Below, piece after piece: positions 59,640 to 64,000 of a stretch of DNA of 64,000 nucleotides. The notes beneath the pieces are model-generated. The model saw only the letters and a list, made by a program, of their open reading frames with translations. It did not search any database and was not told where the DNA came from. The stretch is taken from the NCBI GenBank assembly GCA_963817955.1, contig CAWFQK010000003.1, positions 64,001-128,000 of the forward strand, in the 5' to 3' direction. Within the stretch, counting starts at the first letter, position 1, and every line of letters begins with the position of its first letter. Both the position numbers and the translations under genes were made by a program. Origin of the DNA: an uncultured Gemmatimonadaceae bacterium. GTDB taxonomy: Bacteria; Gemmatimonadota; Gemmatimonadetes; Gemmatimonadales; Gemmatimonadaceae.

Positions 59640-60680
59640 ATGCTTCTGACATTTCAGCGCGCCTGCTGCGCCCTTCTTATCGGCCTGGCTGTGTCTTGGC
59701 CAGTGGCAGCCCAAAGCGTCATAGAGACGCCCGAGGGACACGTCGAGGTGATCGGATTGAAACGCTGGACCGCGGCGATGCTCGCCGACTCCCTCGGCGT
59801 CCACGCTCCGGGCGTCTCATTGTTTCAGACCAAAGAGTGCACGAAGGCACTCACCAGTCGACTGCACTTCAGCAGCGTTTACATCGAGAAGCTCGTCGTG
59901 GGCCGCCCCGGCGACAACGCCCAATCTGTTGTTATCCGGCTCGTGGAACCCCAAGACTCGGCGCAAATCCGCTGGCGGCGCGGACTACGCGACACCCTTC
60001 CCGCTCGCAGCGAATGGGCCGACCTCTTCCGGGTGCTCTCCAGCCCCGCCGGAAGACTCCAAGAAGGAGATCTCGTCAGCCGCTTGGGGCTGTACGGGCT
60101 ATTTCTTCGTGATTCCACGGCGGCCCGCCAACTCGCGAACGCATTTGGCTTCGATGCGGATCGCGCGGTTTCCTTCTGGCGTGTGCTCCGCACACACCGG
60201 AGCGAACGCGATCGAGTTCTGGCCCTCAGCGCTGTCTCCACGGATGGCAATCCGCAGAATCGAATGGTGGCGGCGGCGGTTCTCGTGAACTTCCCGGGGT
60301 CGGATGAGACATGGCGCGCGCTGGCAGACGCCCTTCGTGATCCTTACCCCGGCGTCAACTCAGCTGCACTGGCAAGTCTTGCGCTACTCGGAAGCGATTT
60401 TGCTCGACACGTCGATTGGCGACCAGCGGCCTCGACCCTTCGCGCCATACTCGATGGAACGAATCTGCAGGCGTTTCTCCAGACCATGGTTGTGCTGCAT
60501 CAGACATCTATCTCACCAGCACTGGCAAGGCCATTGCTACGGCGGGGCGGTGAGCTGGTGCTCGCGAACGTTGTCGCAGCAGACGAGCGTTCGCGGCGCG
60601 CAGCCGAGGCGCTGCTGCTAGACCTCAGCGGGCGAGCCACGGCGCTGGATGATTGGGGCAAGTGGATCAGGAGTCTGTGA
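59640..60680 (+). CDS. Secreted hypothetical protein with HEAT-like helical repeats (cassette gene)
   Basis: AAGGAG RBS, signal peptide, ALADALRDPYPGVNSAALASL; stop 28 nt before attC 3. Confidence 0.75.
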   Translation: MLLTFQRACCALLIGLAVSWPVAAQSVIETPEGHVEVIGLKRWTAAMLADSLGVHAPGVSLFQTKECTKALTSRLHFSSVYIEKLVVGRPGDNAQSVVIRLVEPQDSAQIRWRRGLRDTLPARSEWADLFRVLSSPAGRLQEGDLVSRLGLYGLFLRDSTAARQLANAFGFDADRAVSFWRVLRTHRSERDRVLALSAVSTDGNPQNRMVAAAVLVNFPGSDETWRALADALRDPYPGVNSAALASLALLGSDFARHVDWRPAASTLRAILDGTNLQAFLQTMVVLHQTSISPALARPLLRRGGELVLANVVAADERSRRAAEALLLDLSGRATALDDWGKWIRSL

Positions 60681-60708
60681 CGCGCCTATCGGGTTCATCG
60701 CGCCTGCT

Positions 60709-60802
60709 GGCTAACAACCATTGGAGCAACCGGGCGATTTAAGGATTGCGCATGCTGCGCGCTCTGATTTGGTTCGCGCGCAGCTCAATTCGGACGTTCT
60801 AT
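60709..60802 (+). other. attC site 3 (about 94 bp), interrupted at R' by IS110 remnant
   Basis: R'' GGCTAAC, ATTG[G]AGC pairs with GCTCAAT, then TCGGAC-GTT. Confidence 0.8.
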
Positions 60803-61121
60803 GAGAGTGATCGTCAAGAGCGCACTTTGTGCCCGCTGATCGTTTTCCCTTTTGCTTCTCGGCGATTGGCCCCGAAACAACGCCTTGAGCCGCTGCATCA
60901 CGCGAAACGCGACGTGGACGGAGCCACGCATGCCGCGGAACCAGTCCACGATCGGCGCGGCCTCGGTGGGCAAGATGGTTCGCGCGAGCACGCGTCCTGT
61001 CTCCTCTCGCACCGTCTTCACCGTCGTTGCCCGGTGCACATCGAGCCCGACATACTTCACCGTCCGTTTCGTGAGAGCGCCTCCTGGCCGGCACGTCGAG
61101 CTCCTTTGTCAATCGGCGTTC
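60800..61121 (-). mobile_element. IS110-family remnant (about 320 bp, internally deleted)
   Basis: GTG 61060: KYVGLDVH (RuvC-like DEDD start), GGAGG RBS, jumps to RVMQRLKALFR; flanked by repeated GTTC core. Confidence 0.8.
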
Positions 61122-61141
61122 CACAGCACATATTTCGGCTC

Positions 61142-61375
61142 ATGGGTGATCCGGCGTTCAATTACCACGACCTTCCAATCCCCGAGCGGGTGAAGCTCGT
61201 TGAGGACATCTGGGACAGCATCGCCGACGAGGCCAACGCTCGACCAGACTCGCTCCCCATCTCACCGGCCCAGCGCGCGGAACTGGAGCGTCGGGCTGTG
61301 GACGCTGACGCGCATCCGGACGAGGCGATTCCTTGGGAGCAGGTGCGCGATGAGTTGTTTCGGCGCGGCGGGTGA
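61142..61375 (+). CDS. Addiction module antitoxin (TIGR02574-like)
   Basis: LPIPERVKLVEDIWDSI, ELERR, IPWEQVR. Confidence 0.9.
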   Translation: MGDPAFNYHDLPIPERVKLVEDIWDSIADEANARPDSLPISPAQRAELERRAVDADAHPDEAIPWEQVRDELFRRGG

Positions 61376-61584
61376 CGCCGCGCTTCGTCTTTCATCCCGC
61401 GGCGCGCGCCGATCTACGCGACGCGCGCGACTGGTATGAGGCGCAGCGGACGGGCCTCGGCCGTGAGTTTGGCGACGTGATCGCCGCTACGCTCGACCGG
61501 ATCGCCCCACATCCCGAGGCCTATCCGGATGTTTTGGGCTCGCTGCGCCGCGCCGTGCTCGCGTCCGAATGGGCGTCGCGCTGA
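61372..61584 (+). pseudogene. RelE/ParE family toxin, C-terminally truncated
   Basis: FHPAARADL..A.DWYE..R.GLG.EF...RRAVL then diverges; 70 aa, lacks the FPY..Y strands. Confidence 0.75.
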
Positions 61585-61678
61585 GCACGCCGCATTCCGG
61601 CGGCGGCGCTGACCTCGGGCGCTACTCTTGCGAGTCGTCATCATGCGAGCGGTTCATGCGCGCTGACCGGAGGCTCTC

Positions 61679-61831
61679 ATGATTCGAAAACTCAAAGACG
61701 GACAGTATCGCTTGTACTCGCGCAAGAAGAACCCGAAGACCGGCAAGCGGCGGAACCTCGGAACCTTCTCCTCTCGCGCCGCGGCGGAGAAGCACGAGCG
61801 CGCGGTGCAGTTCTTCAAGCGCGGCGGCTGA
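61679..61831 (+). CDS. Small basic hypothetical protein (50 aa, below the ORF-track cutoff)
   Basis: GGAGG RBS; MIRKLKDGQYRLYSRKKNPKTGKRRNLGTFSSRAAAEKHERAVQFFKRGG. Confidence 0.8.
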   Translation: MIRKLKDGQYRLYSRKKNPKTGKRRNLGTFSSRAAAEKHERAVQFFKRGG

Positions 61832-61846
61832 GCCGGTTTCAAGGCA

Positions 61847-63058
61847 TCACTCGTAGCGCAACGCCTCGATCGGATCGAGCGCCGCCGCGCGCCGCGCCGG
61901 CCACACGCCAAAGAGGAGGCCCACTGCGCTCGCGAACAGGAACGCCATCGCGATCGAGGACGCGCCGATCGCCGTCGTCCATCCGAACGCATCGCGCATG
62001 ATCGTCGCGCCGCCCACGCCCGCGACGACGCCGATCGCACCGCCCGCCAGGCAGAGCGTCACTGCCTCGGCGAGAAACTGCACGAGAATGTTGCGCTTGG
62101 TCGCGCCGAGCGCCTTGCGCACGCCAATCTCCCGCGTGCGCTCCGTGACCGACACGAGCATGATGTTCATGATGCCGATGCCGCCCACGAGCAGCGACAC
62201 AGCCGCGATGCCGGCGAGCAGCGAGGTGAACACCTGCGTCGTCTCGTTCAGCGTCACGAGAAAGTCGGCCTGGTTGCGCACCCGGAAATCGTCCGGCTGG
62301 TCGGGGGACAACCCGTGGGCGCGGCGCATCGCGATCCCGATCTCCGCCGTCGCGTCGGGCAGATCGGCCTCGCTCGTCGCCAGCGCGAAGATGTCGTCCA
62401 CCCAATCCGTCTTGAAGAGACGGAAGCGTCCCGTGTAGAATGGTATGAGCACCTGGTCGTCCCGGCTCTCCCCGCCGCCGACGCCCTTCTCCTTCAGCGT
62501 GCCGATCACGCGAAACTGAATGCCGCCAATGCGAATGATCTGCCCGACGATGGCATCGGGATTGACGACGTTCAGTTCGTGCAGCACGCCGTAGCCGAGC
62601 ACGGCCACGCGCTGCATACCGAGGTTCTCGCCGGAATCGAACATCCGCCCGCGGTCGATGTCGAAGCCGCGTACCGCCAGGAAGTTGGGCGTGACGCCGA
62701 GAATCGTCATGTTAGTGTTCTGATCGCCCCAGACGATCTGGAAATTCTTGTCCTGCTGCGGCTCCACCGCGAGCACGTGCGGCGAGCGCTCCTCGATCGT
62801 CGTGGCGTCGATCATCGTCATGCGGCGCCGCGTGCCCAGCTGCACGCCGTTCTGCCGCATCGGCGCCGCGTCGACCTGCAAGATGGTGGTGCCGAGCCGC
62901 TGGATCCGGTCCTTCACCGATTGCTGGGCGCCGTTGCCGAGGGCGATCATCGCGATCACCGCGCCCACGCCGATGACGATGCCGAGCATCGTGAGAAGCG
63001 AGCGCAGCAGGTTCGCACGCAGGGCGCTGAATGCGATGCCGAGAATTTCGAGCTTCAC
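61847..63058 (-). CDS. MacB/FtsX-type ABC transporter permease
   Basis: RSLLTMLGIVIGV, GGIGIMNIMLVSVTERTREIGVRKALGA, LDPIEALRYE. Confidence 0.94.
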   Translation of the reverse strand: MKLEILGIAFSALRANLLRSLLTMLGIVIGVGAVIAMIALGNGAQQSVKDRIQRLGTTILQVDAAPMRQNGVQLGTRRRMTMIDATTIEERSPHVLAVEPQQDKNFQIVWGDQNTNMTILGVTPNFLAVRGFDIDRGRMFDSGENLGMQRVAVLGYGVLHELNVVNPDAIVGQIIRIGGIQFRVIGTLKEKGVGGGESRDDQVLIPFYTGRFRLFKTDWVDDIFALATSEADLPDATAEIGIAMRRAHGLSPDQPDDFRVRNQADFLVTLNETTQVFTSLLAGIAAVSLLVGGIGIMNIMLVSVTERTREIGVRKALGATKRNILVQFLAEAVTLCLAGGAIGVVAGVGGATIMRDAFGWTTAIGASSIAMAFLFASAVGLLFGVWPARRAAALDPIEALRYE

Positions 63059-63240
63059 CCGCTAACCACTCCTCGAGAGAGACGCGTTCGCAAGTGCGTG
63101 CGTCTGCGCGACGACCGAGCCCATGCCGGCCACCAACGTAGCCTAACCAGCAACACCTGTCGGGCCGATGACAAGGGCCGGCTAACCGACGACCCACTCA
63201 GTCTGTTCTTGACGACAAAATGGGCCGTGGTATCATGGCT

Positions 63241-63948
63241 ATGGCGCAGCTCATGAAATTTCTCGCACCTTGGCGACGCGTCGTCGCGACCGGTTTCATT
63301 GCTGCCTCGTGGGCCTGCGGCGCCTCGACGGCGCCCGGTTCGGACGAGGGTTCGACGTCGCCCCCGGCGAGCCCACCAGGCTCGTTCGCGAACGGAATTC
63401 CGGCATTCTTCTTCGCCGTGGGGGTGCAGCATCCCACGATGGCATTTCCGCTTTCTACCTCGCTTGGAACGGCTCCGGCTACAGGCCTTCGACTCTGGGA
63501 CAGCGGGGTCAACTGGTCACAGCTCGAGGTGTGCAATGCGGCGACGAGTGGATGTCGAAGGATGTCGCGGCGGTGATCCGGGCCGTCGATCCGAACGCGA
63601 AGACACTGAGTCCGTCGTTACACGGATCAAGTGCTGGGAGTTGGTTTCAGAACCAGTATCTCGCCAACGGGGGCGCTGCGTACTTCCGGCTGGCTCACCG
63701 GCGCTCTCCTGTCACCGTGCATTCAGTCGGGAACGCGATGGACCTGCGCGCTCACGCGACCGAATGGATACGCTGCCCAACTGATCTGGGACACGTCCAG
63801 GGGTTGCTCGAACGGAGCGTGCACGACAGTGCCGGCGACCGTCGACGCACAGTACGTGCGGTACTCCGACCTGACGGGGACATCATTCACGGTCGCGAAC
63901 CACGAGGTCCCGGTGGGGATCAAGCCGGTGCTGCTGCAGAATCGATGA
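63241..63948 (+). pseudogene. Fragmented secreted glycoside-hydrolase-like lipoprotein gene
   Basis: Lipobox-like SWAC, LRLWDSGVNWSQLE, then broken frames, C-terminal VPVGIKPVLL in a separate ORF. Confidence 0.45.
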
Positions 63949-64000
63949 GCGATCGATGTGCTCGGGCGCTCCCGGGCAAGCACAGCGCGGACGATAAGCC

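Noticed and set aside
63060..63195. Further attC sites from three GCTAAC/CCTAAC words
   Set aside because: No paired L boxes or downstream GTT at suitable spacing; one overlaps the RBS region of the MacB-type permease

Overview
GC-rich bacterial chromosome segment, probably Gemmatimonadota (inferred from gene order and protein style, not from a marker gene). About 1-54 kb is mostly core genome around the replication origin: mnmE-yidC-yidD-rnpA-rpmH <> dnaA-oriC-dnaN, rnpB, mutS, holA, polA, ddl, queF, upp, pyrE, tRNA-Phe, an Oar-type TonB-dependent receptor, an uncharacterised catabolic operon and a YefM/YoeB pair. Intergenic regions carry 7-bp-period repeats. From about 54.4 kb the window is accessory DNA: a 21 x 21-bp tandem array, then an integron-type cassette array with three clear attC sites, a putative Pc promoter and no intI in the window. 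The first cassette is a tyrosine-recombinase + IS91-type HUH transposase element whose ends are a matched R'/R'' pair with its own attC. Two cassettes carry toxin-antitoxin pairs, and a shrunken IS110 sits exactly at one attC crossover core. Other oddities: a QueE-like protein with no radical-SAM cysteines near a QueF with a loop insertion and a structured 5' RNA, a clamp-binding-like QMDLF motif in DnaA, and rnpA with no start codon outside rpmH. All calls come from reading the sequence; no searches were run.
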